Positions 1 to 11,900 of a stretch of DNA of 64,000 nt are shown piece after piece (position 1 is the stretch's first letter; the number at the start of each line of letters is the position of its first letter). This DNA comes from Chrysomallon squamiferum (taxonomy: Eukaryota; Animalia; Mollusca), in NCBI GenBank assembly GCA_012295275.1, contig CM022665.1:33914001-33978000 (forward strand), in the 5' to 3' direction. Below the pieces are notes generated by a model, which did not search any database, was not told the origin of the DNA, and saw only the letters and a list, made by a program, of their open reading frames with translations. Position numbers and translations under genes: made by a program.

Positions 1-827
1 TACAACTATACTTGAAGTTGTGTGGATACATTTTAGGTTGTAAACTGTAACAGTTTTTAAAACTGAGCCCAGAAACAGAACAATATTATTTTATATTACA
101 ATGATATATGTCCTTTTCAATAGGAGACAAAAATAGTAATGTGATATTTAGATCAGTTCACACCCTGGATGTGATAAAATAATTACCATGCTGAAGTGAA
201 ACTCTGTTTTTAGCATCTCACTGAGACTAAGAGACAATTAAGCAGCTTAAATGTAGCTTCCTCAAAAGTGATCCTTGACAGATAAGACAAAGACAAACCA
301 ATTCTGACAAATGAAAGACCTATGAGATACTGTCAGGAATTAATTCCACATTTGCAAACTAAAAAAAAAAAAAATGTCATATCTTTATGTACTGACATTA
401 AGAGTATTAAATATTAAAAAATTCATAATTTGTAATGTGAAAATAAGCGAATCTTTAAGGACATCACAACACACTTGAACTTTTTTTTTGTCTTTTGCAT
501 TTGAAATATGAATTTAATATTTGTTCAATATATGGGCCTGCTGTCAAGAACAAGGGATATTGTTAATCTATGAAGTTAAATTAAAAGATTTTTTTTATTT
601 CATATTTTTGTTAAAAGTGCTTGCAAAAAACAAAAACAAAGCACAAATAAAAATAAATCTGGCATCAGAAAATAAAAATGATTTCTGCCATCATACTTCA
701 AAAACATTAAAATATTTTTAAAACAAAACCAACAAAATGCAATCATTTAGAAACAAATGTTCACCAGCCATATTAACTGTATGCATTAGATTCCATAAAA
801 TGTAATACCAATATAAATTATATATTT

Positions 828-1464
828 GGGTCATTCGGTGTCAAATCACCCAAAAAAAAAAAGAAATTTAAACCCGACCGTCTCAGATTTTTATAAAACT
901 TGGTATACTTGTTGACTGGGATCCCACAGCACCAAATCTGAAATGTTAGCCCAATCAGACCAGTGGTGTGGGAGATACGGCCCACGGAATTTTGAGATTT
1001 TTGCCAAAAAATGGGTGTGACCACCAACCTTAGAACCCTCATATCTCAGGAACTACTGGGCCAATCTTCATAAAATTGGTATTGTTAGAAAGGCAAAATG
1101 ACAAGGATACCAAATCTGCCATTTTTGTTTAGTTTGGAAAATACTGGAGTACCTTGACCTTTTGACCTTTGCTATGACCTTGAAATTGACCGTGTGGATC
1201 ACGTGATCTTGAGATGACCTTTATTGAAATTTAATCTCCCACATGTTAACTAAAACATATAAAAGTTTCCTGGGTGTAATATTTTTTGTTTAGCCACAAT
1301 ATAGATTTAAAAAATGCACATACATGAAAATAACACGTTTTCAGCCATTAACATCTGATTAACTAAAACATGAATGATCAATTCTGGATTCTAGGAATCA
1401 CCATCTCTCTTGATCATCGAGTAAGACATTGTAGGCCTACATGTATGCATAAAGTTCACATAAA
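828..1464 (+). repeat. Left long inverted arm (TIR) of the Sola-like element
   Basis: Reverse complement of 3056-3681, with about six point differences and an A-run replacement near 852-867. Confidence 0.95.
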
Positions 1465-2254
1465 TTTGAGAGAACTAGGTGTTTCTGATGCTTAACCTTC
1501 TCACTATGTTTGTTTCAAATGCTCACTGTATCCTTCATTCCCAGACACATTCTACTGTTCTCATCACTTTCATAAAATTGGATTATTTCCTCCTTCAATT
1601 CATTGTCCTTTCAATGGTAAAGGGTGACAAAATCAAGATTTGCACACGCTCTGGGTAGGATTCAGACATTAAGATGTCATTTTAATGTTACTGTAGCTGA
1701 TGCTAGTTTTTTCCTGTCCTTTCATTCATTTACTGGAATGTGCTAATGAATGGAGTTTGACAGGAGTTTCGCCTAAACTCAACAGAATAGAATTCAAATC
1801 AAAGTCCTTTTCTGGGGAAACAACAACCAGTGGTTTGTCTGGCAAGTTATCACCAAATTCTCCCATTGTAATACCACCCATACTAAAGCCATCCTCTGCA
1901 GGACATTTGATTTCTGAAGGGTAATCAGACAGTCAAGCACAACTTGTCTCCTGGCACTAGTGTCTTTGGAGGATTTACTAAGCATTTTTAAATGCCCATG
2001 CTAACAATTCTTAAAGATCTAGTGCGTGCTTGCTCAGGGTGGCGATTAAGGGGATCACAACAGTTTTTCTGCAATGTTGAAAATTTGATGAAAAGTTCTT
2101 GTTCATGATACTCTTGATGTCCCGTGTTTTGATCCCACTTCAAAGAACGAGGAGTTCGATTTCCTCAGTTTTCCATATACTTCGCAACAACTCCTTTTTG
2201 ATATGATGGTGTTGATAACACACATTTTCAGGAGAGTTAAAGCTGCAGTTAGCT
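1440..2254 (-). pseudogene. Decayed N-terminal half of a Sola2-type transposase
   Basis: Minus-strand fragments with stops and frameshifts: EIELLVL*SG, KFSTLQKNCCDPLNRH, PKTLVPGDKLC, LNSILLSLGETPVKLH, EEIIQFYESDENSRMCLGMKDTVSI*...KVKHQKHLVLSNLCELYAYM. The last matches the FY..D..SR..PG.KD..S / QKRL.L.NL.ELY motif I recall from Sola2 transposases. No catalytic region seen. Confidence 0.75.
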
Positions 2255-3055
2255 CTGGAAGAAATAAGGATTTTCAGTATTGGCCTGCACCTTCAATTCA
2301 ATAGAACAAAGTCAGTGCTTTCCTAAATTTTAAATCAAATCCTGAAACCCTTTCAGTAAAGTTAAGCAGGTCATAAAATGGCAGCAGAGTACATGTGTTA
2401 TTGCCAAAGGCCCACAAGTCTTGGGCATTTATGTCAGTCTTCTCAAGTATAAATCACAGTTTATTAAGGTGAAGGTAGACCTTGTTCATACTCTGTGCCG
2501 AAGACTGGGTGTACAAATACATTATGCAGTACATCACTTGATGATGTCTGATATCAGACTGGGTTGTACTGTTGTTGACTGACACCTTGTTCAATCAATG
2601 GCAAGACCCACATGACATGATAAAATTACTTAATAGGTTTTATGAAATAAAAATATTGTTTATATATCAGCATCTGACATTGTGTCCAACTTAAAAAGCT
2701 TCAGATTGTCAAAGAAATGCAGATGAAGAAACTTCTTTGTCTTAAACTTCCGAATTGCCATGTGCTCAGTGGGGATTGCACCAGGGAATCTAAAGGAGTT
2801 CCTGACCTGCCTGAAGAATCACTTCCTGTTAACCCTTTGAGCCTGATTGTGTAGAACATGTCATGCCATTTGGCATCTTTTCATATCCTTTAGGCATTCC
2901 TTCAGACATGTCAGGTGGGTTTTAACTCCAAAGATGAGTTTTTAGTCTCAGAGAAAATGTACATTGTAATGTATTGTATCAAGCATCCATGCAGGTATGC
3001 ATTTTTTTAAATCTCCATTATGGCTAAACAAGAAATATTATACCCAGGAAACTTT

Positions 3056-3681
3056 TTTATGTGAACTTTATGCATACATGTAGGCCTACAATGTCTTACT
3101 CGATGATCAAGAGAGATGGTGATTCCTAGAATCCAGAATTGATCATTCAGGTTTTAGTTAATCAGATGTTAATGGCTGAAAACGTGTTATTTTCATGTAT
3201 GTGCATTTTTTAAATCTATATTGTGGCTAAACAAAAAATATTACACCCAGGAAACTTTTATATGTTTTAGTTAACATGTGGGAGATTAAATTTCAATAAA
3301 GGTCATCTCAAGATCACGTGATCCACACGGTCAATTTCAAGGTCATAGCAAAGGTCAAAAGGTCAAGGTACTCCAATATTTTCCAAACTAAACAAAAATG
3401 GCAGATTTGGTATCCTTGTCATTTTGCCTTTCTAACAATACCAATTTTATGAAGATTGGCCCAGTAGTTCCTGAGATATGAGGGTTCTAAGGTTGGTGGT
3501 CACACCCATTTTTGGCAAAAATCTCAAAATTCCGTGGGCCGTATCTCCCACACCACTGGTCTGATTGGGCTAACATTTCAGATTTGGTGCTGTGGGATCC
3601 CAGTCAACAAGTATACCAAGTTTCATAAAAATCTGAGATGGTCGGGTTTAAACCATTGGGTGATTTGACACGGAATGACCC
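3056..3681 (-). repeat. Right long inverted arm (TIR) of the Sola-like element
   Basis: Reverse complement of 828-1464. Confidence 0.95.
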
Positions 3682-6676
3682 ATTTACATCTGCACTTTTC
3701 CAGATAGCTAACAAAAAGGTAACAAAACAATAACAATAATTATAGTAATAAAATAACAACAAAAATGTTTAACTTTGATTATTTTACAATGATTTATAGT
3801 ATCTCTGGACTCACACAAATATGGACTGCATCCATCATAATGAAAATGACAAAATTTGAATTTTTCACTTTTTAATTAAAATTAAGAAATTAATTTTCAA
3901 CCAGCTGACAGGATGTTTTTCAGAAGAAAAACAAATGGCTTGATGAGCTGTATAAAATAATTTCACTGATATTCTTCTATGCACAGTTTAAATACTTTCA
4001 GCTTCATTATATTGTGAACACAAAATGGCTGGCATTTTGCCAACAGCTCTTACAACATGGAAAAATGGCTAAGGTGATATCATAATGAACTAAAAATATC
4101 AGGTATTCTAGCTGACCATGAATTATTTCTGTGTACCTGTGCCGTGCCGTTACGGGGATACAAAAAGAGTAAAAACAAAAAGTAATGATTTATGAAAAAT
4201 CTGTGAGAGGTGTTTGCTGGGAAAACCCAAACAGTTTGTTTCTTTTTTTCTTTTTTTTTAAATGTAAATTCCTAAAGGTTCATCAAGTTTTGATTATATA
4301 ATTATGCTGAGATTTAACAAGAGTGTATGATACTGGAAATATTTATTTGAAATCTTAAAAATTAACTTTATTATTAAATTAGTGGAATTAGCAGTACATG
4401 CAGTTTAAAAACAATCTGCAGCTAGTGATGAGTACTATCATTTGTAGTGGCCTGTGAGTGATGCCTGAAGTAACACCTGCATTTGACAGTAGATATTTCA
4501 TGAATATTTTATCTTAATCTGGTTATTATCCTAACTTGAAAACAAATGTCTGACTTCAATTACAGATTCTTTGACAACAGCTGTAATGAGTACAATACAG
4601 AATCTGCCTTCCTTTGCTTCACATTGGTGTTACCAGATATCGTAACATCAATAGGAAAATTAAAAATATAAATACACCTGCATCTTAACAACTAAACTAA
4701 CATATTTAAAATATTCCATGAGGTCTTCCCTGAATTCCAAAATGGCTATTCTCCATATTGACTTGTTTATCAAAGGCCACAGTGATGGTATATAGCTTCC
4801 TGACCACAAGAAGTTATAAAAAGTCCCATGTTTCTAATACAAAAATGATCCCTCATGTTTCTTTCATTTATTTGGTCTTTAACAACATCATTCTGTAATC
4901 AAGTAATGCTGTTTGCAAACTGGACAGTTACAGTTGTATCTCAAATGTCTTGATGTAAATGCATACTGTTAACATATATGTAGCTCTTTGCAGATGAATT
5001 AGTGTGTGATACAATCCAAGACTCTCAAGCACTATGCATTGAGAATGCTGTAAGTTGATCAGCAATATAAAAACACTTATGTATGTCACCTTATGTCTTT
5101 TTGTTCCCACACCCTATATATAATTCTAAAACTTTTGTATGATCAGAGAGCAGATTACTTGCCACTGAATCCACCTTCTCAAAAGACACAATCAAGACTT
5201 AAGATTTAAGTACAGTCACTAATGAAATGTGTCAGCTATATTCAAAATACGTAATTATGTTGATTTTCTTTTACTGTTAACAAATCTGAACTACCATAGA
5301 GAAATACACTATAATACATGGGCCTAACTTTTGTAAAAAGAAAACATTCAAGACCCATTTGAACTCTGCTTTGACATCATTTCTGAAAATGATCCAGATC
5401 GGTATTTACTGCTTAGAATGCTTCATTATTTTTATTCTGCAGTTAGGGAACTGAGAAAGAATCTACGTAAGGCCAGTTCTATTAATAATAAATTGCCTGA
5501 TTATCATAGTTAAAATATTAAAAATATTGTTAAAACTGATGTTATTTTAATGTGTGTGTGTATATATATATGATCAAATTCAGAAATGCATGGAAAAATC
5601 TGAACCCATTTAGATTATTAGCATATTAAAGATATTCACATTTGTCTTCCTAGTGGTTTCTTAATTTGTTTTTGCATTAACCAACATATATTTTGCAGGA
5701 GTTTTGTTTTGTTATTTGTTTTGGATGTTGTTGTTGTTGTTGTTGTTTTTTTAAATTATTAAAATATATTTCATTTGATATCAAAACATATCAGAATCAC
5801 CAATGTTAATTAAATGCTCATCAGCTAAATAAACACTTCCATAATTACTTTGTTTCCATGTCTTCAAAAAGTTAAAATACAAAGGAAAAGGAACCCTTCC
5901 ATTGAACTGTGAAGTGGAAACCCTGTTTGTATTTACTGATGGCAAATAGAAACATGTACAGTGTACAAGGCTAATATGACACTATGCTCCAGATCTTGTT
6001 CAAATGTTAGACAGCTACTTTATAACAAAATAGACGTTCTCTTCAACTGAATAAATATGAAACAGCAAGTGTCACTACACTTTGTTTTAATTCATCTTCA
6101 TTCAGGTAAAATTATGAATAGTTATTTAAACATTCAGTTTTTCATTCAAAATCTGTCAAAATGTAGTTTTAGTACATAGAGATGTTTACATATAAAGGTT
6201 TCCTTCAAATATATAAAATTTAATATTTATAGAAATGCTTAATTATTATAAGGAGGGATATTTTGTTTAAATACAAAAAACAGAAAATACAAGGTTTTTA
6301 TAAAACATGTGCAGATTTAAATTATAAATTACAGAAACAAGTTTTCATTTTAAAAGCAAATATTTACTTAGCCCTATCATTTATGATGTTGTTTTTTTTT
6401 GTTTTTTTAAATGTCAGAGTAAATAGTCGCACTGTGATATAATCAAACAACTGACCAATCCCATCTTACTGCATAATAGGTAAATACCAGTTTTATTCTG
6501 AAGAACACATATTACCCTAAAAAGGAAAAGAAAAATACACACACACAAACACACCCTAAAAAATAACTTTAAAAACCCCCAGGTAATTTTCTAAATATTT
6601 GTAATTAGGTAAAGCTTTCAGACCATATTTTGAGATATTTTATATCACCTTTTATTTAAATGCAAACATATTTTAC

Positions 6677-6911
6677 CTTCAGCTCCTATTGAAACCAGTT
6701 TGACACCTTTGCTTGCGATGAAATCCAGAGCTTTGTTCACATTGGCTATCTTGTGGAACCTCATTTTGCCTCTGTCTGGTTTAGGTAACTGCTCCCCGGA
6801 TATTACTTCTAATAATAACATAAGTTTTAAACCATTTCGAAAGTCTTCTTCTATATTTTCTATTGATGTGCCTGCTTTTCTCAAGTGTGAATTGCACCAT
6901 GCTGTAAATGT
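6677..6911 (-). CDS. ACTN: Alpha-actinin coding exon 2 (calponin-homology domain 1)
   Basis: Acceptor TTTTGCAG|ACA, 235 nt, [14 protein letters not shown]...VSIGAE, donor G|GTAAAA. Confidence 0.97.
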
Positions 6912-8904
6912 CTGCAAAAGAGAAGGAAAAAAAACATGAAAACAACATTAATACTGCATTCATTGTATGAATTCCAGTCGACTGTAAATCAATAATATGT
7001 GTGTCTTATAATTATTTAAGTTAACCATACATGTATTTCAAAACATGAAATTTTCTAGACATTGGAAATGTATGTTCATAACTTATTAGTTCTATGCACT
7101 GAAAGTAATTCCTTATAACTTTTGAACTCCTTATAACAATAATTCTTTAAATACACACCTCAGAATGTTTAACCAACTGCACTGAACTGGTGTATATATG
7201 AAAAATCATTTCACCTTAACCAGGCTAGTCAAACTTAATCAGCAGGTTGTGTACATTCTTCACAGGAATATTAATTTGTAGCAGAAAAAGTACCATAAAG
7301 CACAATTTAAAAACAACTTTAAAAATGTATATATGTGTGTGTGTGTGTGTGTGGATATAGATATATAGATTTACACACACAACTTTGTACATTTGTATCA
7401 TTAAGTTCATCTTGCCCTCTTAGAAACTGACTTTTTGTACCTCAACTTCTTTTATCACAAGTCATGTTAGACCAAACGATCTTCTGAAAGTTAATATGTA
7501 CTTAATCTACAGAGTTGTCAAGTCTGAGACTGAATATTACCATAATAGACAAGTTTAATACTATCAGTAACTTTTTTTTTTTTTTTTTAAAGAAACAAGA
7601 CGTACTGAGCACATATAATGCAACAAACTGAAAATATTTCTTTCTTTGACATAAAGTAAACTATCATCATTTTTTTCCTTTGTTCTAAAATTTTACACAC
7701 ACACACACACGCATGTATTAAAATTAAGAAAAAGGTATCTTGGTGTTTTAAAAATAAATAAATAAATAAAAAGATAGTAATTTATAATTACACACAGAAT
7801 GATAAAGGTATCTGTTAACTTTGTATACTTTAATTATTTTGTTCAGTACCTCTTACTGTCAAGTATATAATGTAGTCTTATCCTTACAAGCACTTGAATG
7901 TTTGATTTTACTCAAAGCTTGACTATAAATAATTTGTATTTGACAAGTATAACTTCAGACTTGAAATAAATTTTTAAAACCCACATGCATTTATGTTTTG
8001 TATGCTCACTCGTGTGTGTAATAATCTACACCCAAAACATAAGCTAATTCTAAGTATCTAAACATTATTTTACTGCCACCAGATATAAAAACTTTGAACA
8101 AAATCATTAAAATTGAAATAATAATAATAATAATAAAACATTAGAATTAATATCTTAGCTCAGAAGAATGAAAGGCAAATCCCGTTTATAAATGCAATGT
8201 TCAAGCATTAACAACTAAAGAAAAAACAAAACAAAAAATAAGCCTTTATTTAGTTTTAGGTTACACTCTAGTATTTCTCTTCTGTTATGCTTGTGCAATA
8301 TTAAATTAAAAAATCTATGACAGCCAAGGTAACAGAAATAAAATATTTCAAACAATGACAGTGTGAACAGATTAGTTCATTGAAATACAGATGAGGTCTC
8401 ACTTCATTAAACTGCCCAGTCTGTTGACTTGTGTTTTCAACATTTAGCTTCCCAGTAAGAACAAGTCAACTTGAGAAATCCCAAAACAAATTTCACTAAC
8501 ACATTAAAACTGTGATACTGCATTCAAATCACTGGAAGACTTAGTTAAATTATACAACATCTTGTTAACTAGGCAGCTCAGATGAGAGGTACTGGAAATT
8601 AGGGGGAGAGCCCTGTTTGATATCTGCATGCTGCTGTAACAGAGAAGAAACCTATTTGGGGAATTGAGTCACTACATTAGTTATTGACTAACATAGCACT
8701 CTTGACATCAATGATCTGCATGCCAAGCTTACATTCCTTCAATTCCTGTTCAGTTGACAAACACCATGCTTAACAACTGGGGCATTCTGAACAGTGAACT
8801 ATGTGTAAATGTGTTACTGATGACACCTGAATATTTTTAAAGCTTCTTTCTAGCTGTTATAAATCAACTGATGAAAAATACATGTCATTAAATGTTGTTG
8901 CTGT

Positions 8905-8935
<31 letters not shown>

Positions 8936-11900
8936 GTGTTTTGTATGTTGCATGCATGTAGTTAGAAAAATAATTGTAAAAAACTGTGTATATTGTAGGG
9001 GGTTTTAAATCAGAGTATTTAAAATATCCCAGAATATTCATTATCATAATAAAAATGTAATTTTTATTAGTTATTATTTTTTTTATTATATAATGTTTAT
9101 TAAAATGTAAAGTTTATTTTAGTTTATATATCACATTAAACAATAATTAATAATGTTAATCCGAATAGATGAATTCATAACATTTCAGTTTTGAAAATAA
9201 CAAGAGATTTATCCAGTCATGTAACAATATCACATTACTGGACATGTAAAACAAGTCCCTGTAAACTCTCATTGCATAACATTCATGTACCTGGGATGTG
9301 TAACCTTCAACATAATCCCATTAATTATACCCAATTAACTTCAGTGGCCACTGGTCAACAATTTATAATCTGCAGACCTCAGGCTCTGACCAGTACAGAA
9401 ACATTGGACAGGATGAACCAACCATTGTGGTATCATAATGTATAGGATTTGAAATAAGAGCACAAATATTACACTCCAAAAATAGACTGACAAGCATCTG
9501 CCTGTTATACTTATACATGCTCCATCAGCAGAAACATGCCATGCAATTTGATACATAGCTAAAAACAGTTTTCAAGAAAGTTGTGCAAATACTTGAGAAT
9601 TCTTCTGTGTTGGAAGTCTGTAAATTGCACCTGCTGACAAGCAACCAAATATGTGTACAAGAAATAAAAAAGTCACAACTAGCCAGCTGGTAAGACCACT
9701 GAACACAAGAAAATAAAGGATTCATGAAAGAATAATTTTTTTCCTTTTAAAATAATGCTTCAAGCAATGTTTTTGTCTGAAGGTTACAGATAGGGTAAAC
9801 AAGATTTTTACCTTTTTGAGCATATATTTAACTCAATCACAATTATAAAATCATATATAGTTGTGTATAAATTTTGGGGGTGTTTTATTTTTTATTTATT
9901 ATTATTTTTTTTAATTTTCATTGTTACCTTTTGACTAGAAATAGTTTTATGTATGGCTTTATGGAGGTAGGATTTTGATAGGAAGACACTTATATTTACA
10001 TTTATGTGTTCATCTTTACTATGTTGTCAGTATTATAATTGTTTAATATAATTTTATGTACAACACACTAACAGACTGGCACTCCCTCCAACGTTTCTAT
10101 AACAAAGCTATGTAAATAAATAAATAAATAAAAATTCAATTTGTTTTTAATTTATTCTTCTTGAATTAAGACAAAGCACAGTAACAATTTTCAATACATT
10201 ACAGAAACATATATAAATTTTAAGTAGCCTAAGTCACACTGCTACTGAAGACAGGTGGTCACAATCACCATGATACCCAAACCAGTGGTCAGTGAAATCT
10301 TTTATCTGCTTGCACATGTAGCTGGGCTGTAGCACAATAAGCTTGGGGAATGTCTAGTGATTAAGAAGTTTATTAGAATGTGAATGAGTATAGTAAAACT
10401 GAAATAACACTCACTAAAATAAATTCAGCTATCAAGAAACGCATGTCAGTTTTTACAGGTAGATAAAAAAAAATTAATATAAAATAAAGTTTAAAAAAAG
10501 ATCCTCTTTTGTTAAGAACTGTCATTATATACTAAATGATATATAAAATATATTTTAATACACGTCTTAAATTAAAAGGGGTAAATTATTTTTTTTGGTA
10601 ACTAATTCATTTCTTTATATTTTAAAAGATTTTATTTCATTTTTTTTAATTTTTTTTAAAAATTATTACAGAAGAACTGAAACAGTCTGCATACATGATC
10701 AGCTGGCATGTACTTACAGCCACTGTTCACAACCCCATGTTTTAGTTGCAAAACAATTTATATACCAATATTTTATAAATCTGCAGTTACAAATATTGTC
10801 TGATCTGGTTAAAAAATATATAAATTATTTTTATTCAGCAAGACCTGGATCATGCTAGTACACAAAATATATTTATTTTTGATGCTATGACATTTTTGTG
10901 TACATCGAAGATGACATGGCCAACCTTCATAGATTTTGAATTTGTTTATATATTTATACACTATACATGTTTATATCTCACTGGATAGCTGAGTAACCAA
11001 TGTAGCCAAACAAAAAGTGTTTTGATGTATTAATGTTTAATCTGTTGGGTACTTGTAGTGTCCACAGTTCACGGAGTTACAACAGAATCCCTGGTGCACT
11101 ATATTACATGTTCATCAACAATAATCAGTTAATTATGCTAACAGTAGCTTCAAAGTTATACCAAACACATCACCTATGTATAATATTTTCCACATGTGCT
11201 CAAACATGATTTCTTAGGGTAGACTTATTTCAAAGAATCTTTATGGTTTTTAAAACTTAAAACAGAGCAGTATAAATATTTGCCTTATCTCTTGTAAGCC
11301 GTATACATTTTTTTCTATCTATTGTTAACTACTATAAAAAGAGATCAGTCTTCTTGAACAATTTTTATATTCTTTATTTATTTTTTAATACCACAAATAT
11401 ATTTTTTCCACTGTGCTGGTGTATACTTAAGCAATTGTCAAATCTGTGCATTTTTTAATTATTCTTTTTTGACATCTTTACTAGAAATAAATGTTTCAAT
11501 TTAACTACAGTACATTTAAAGTAACTTTAAACATTAATGGACAGAAGTTTGTTAACTTCAAGTTTACAAGGGAAACTACAGTTTAAAGTGTTGCATAATC
11601 AACAAAGGCAACATTCAAAATGTGAATGCATTTATATTTATGTCTTTTTGCCAGAGGGCATTTAACATAAATTAAGAGAAGATCACCCTCAGTCAGGGTT
11701 TGTTAGGATGTCCTTCAGCTGTACAGATGACACACACACTCATAGCAGTCTTTACAGATTCTTGTGTGTCTGATCTTTATGAGTAACCCACCAACCATCA
11801 ATAACATATGAGTGTGTCATCCATTGTTCAGCAGCTGTTACTATGACATTAATAGTATGTAAATAAAGAATTTACTGCAAGGATATATTTTTTTCTGTCC

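Larger units (their letters stand above)
828..3681 (-). mobile_element. Sola2-like DNA transposon, non-autonomous internally deleted derivative, inside alpha-actinin intron 2
   Basis: Termini GGGTCATTC...GAATGACCC; inverted arms 828-1464 / 3056-3681 nearly identical; 4-bp target-site duplication ATTT (824-827, 3682-3685); decayed transposase inside. GRG..CYC ends, 4-bp TSD and long TIRs fit Sola2. Confidence 0.85.
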
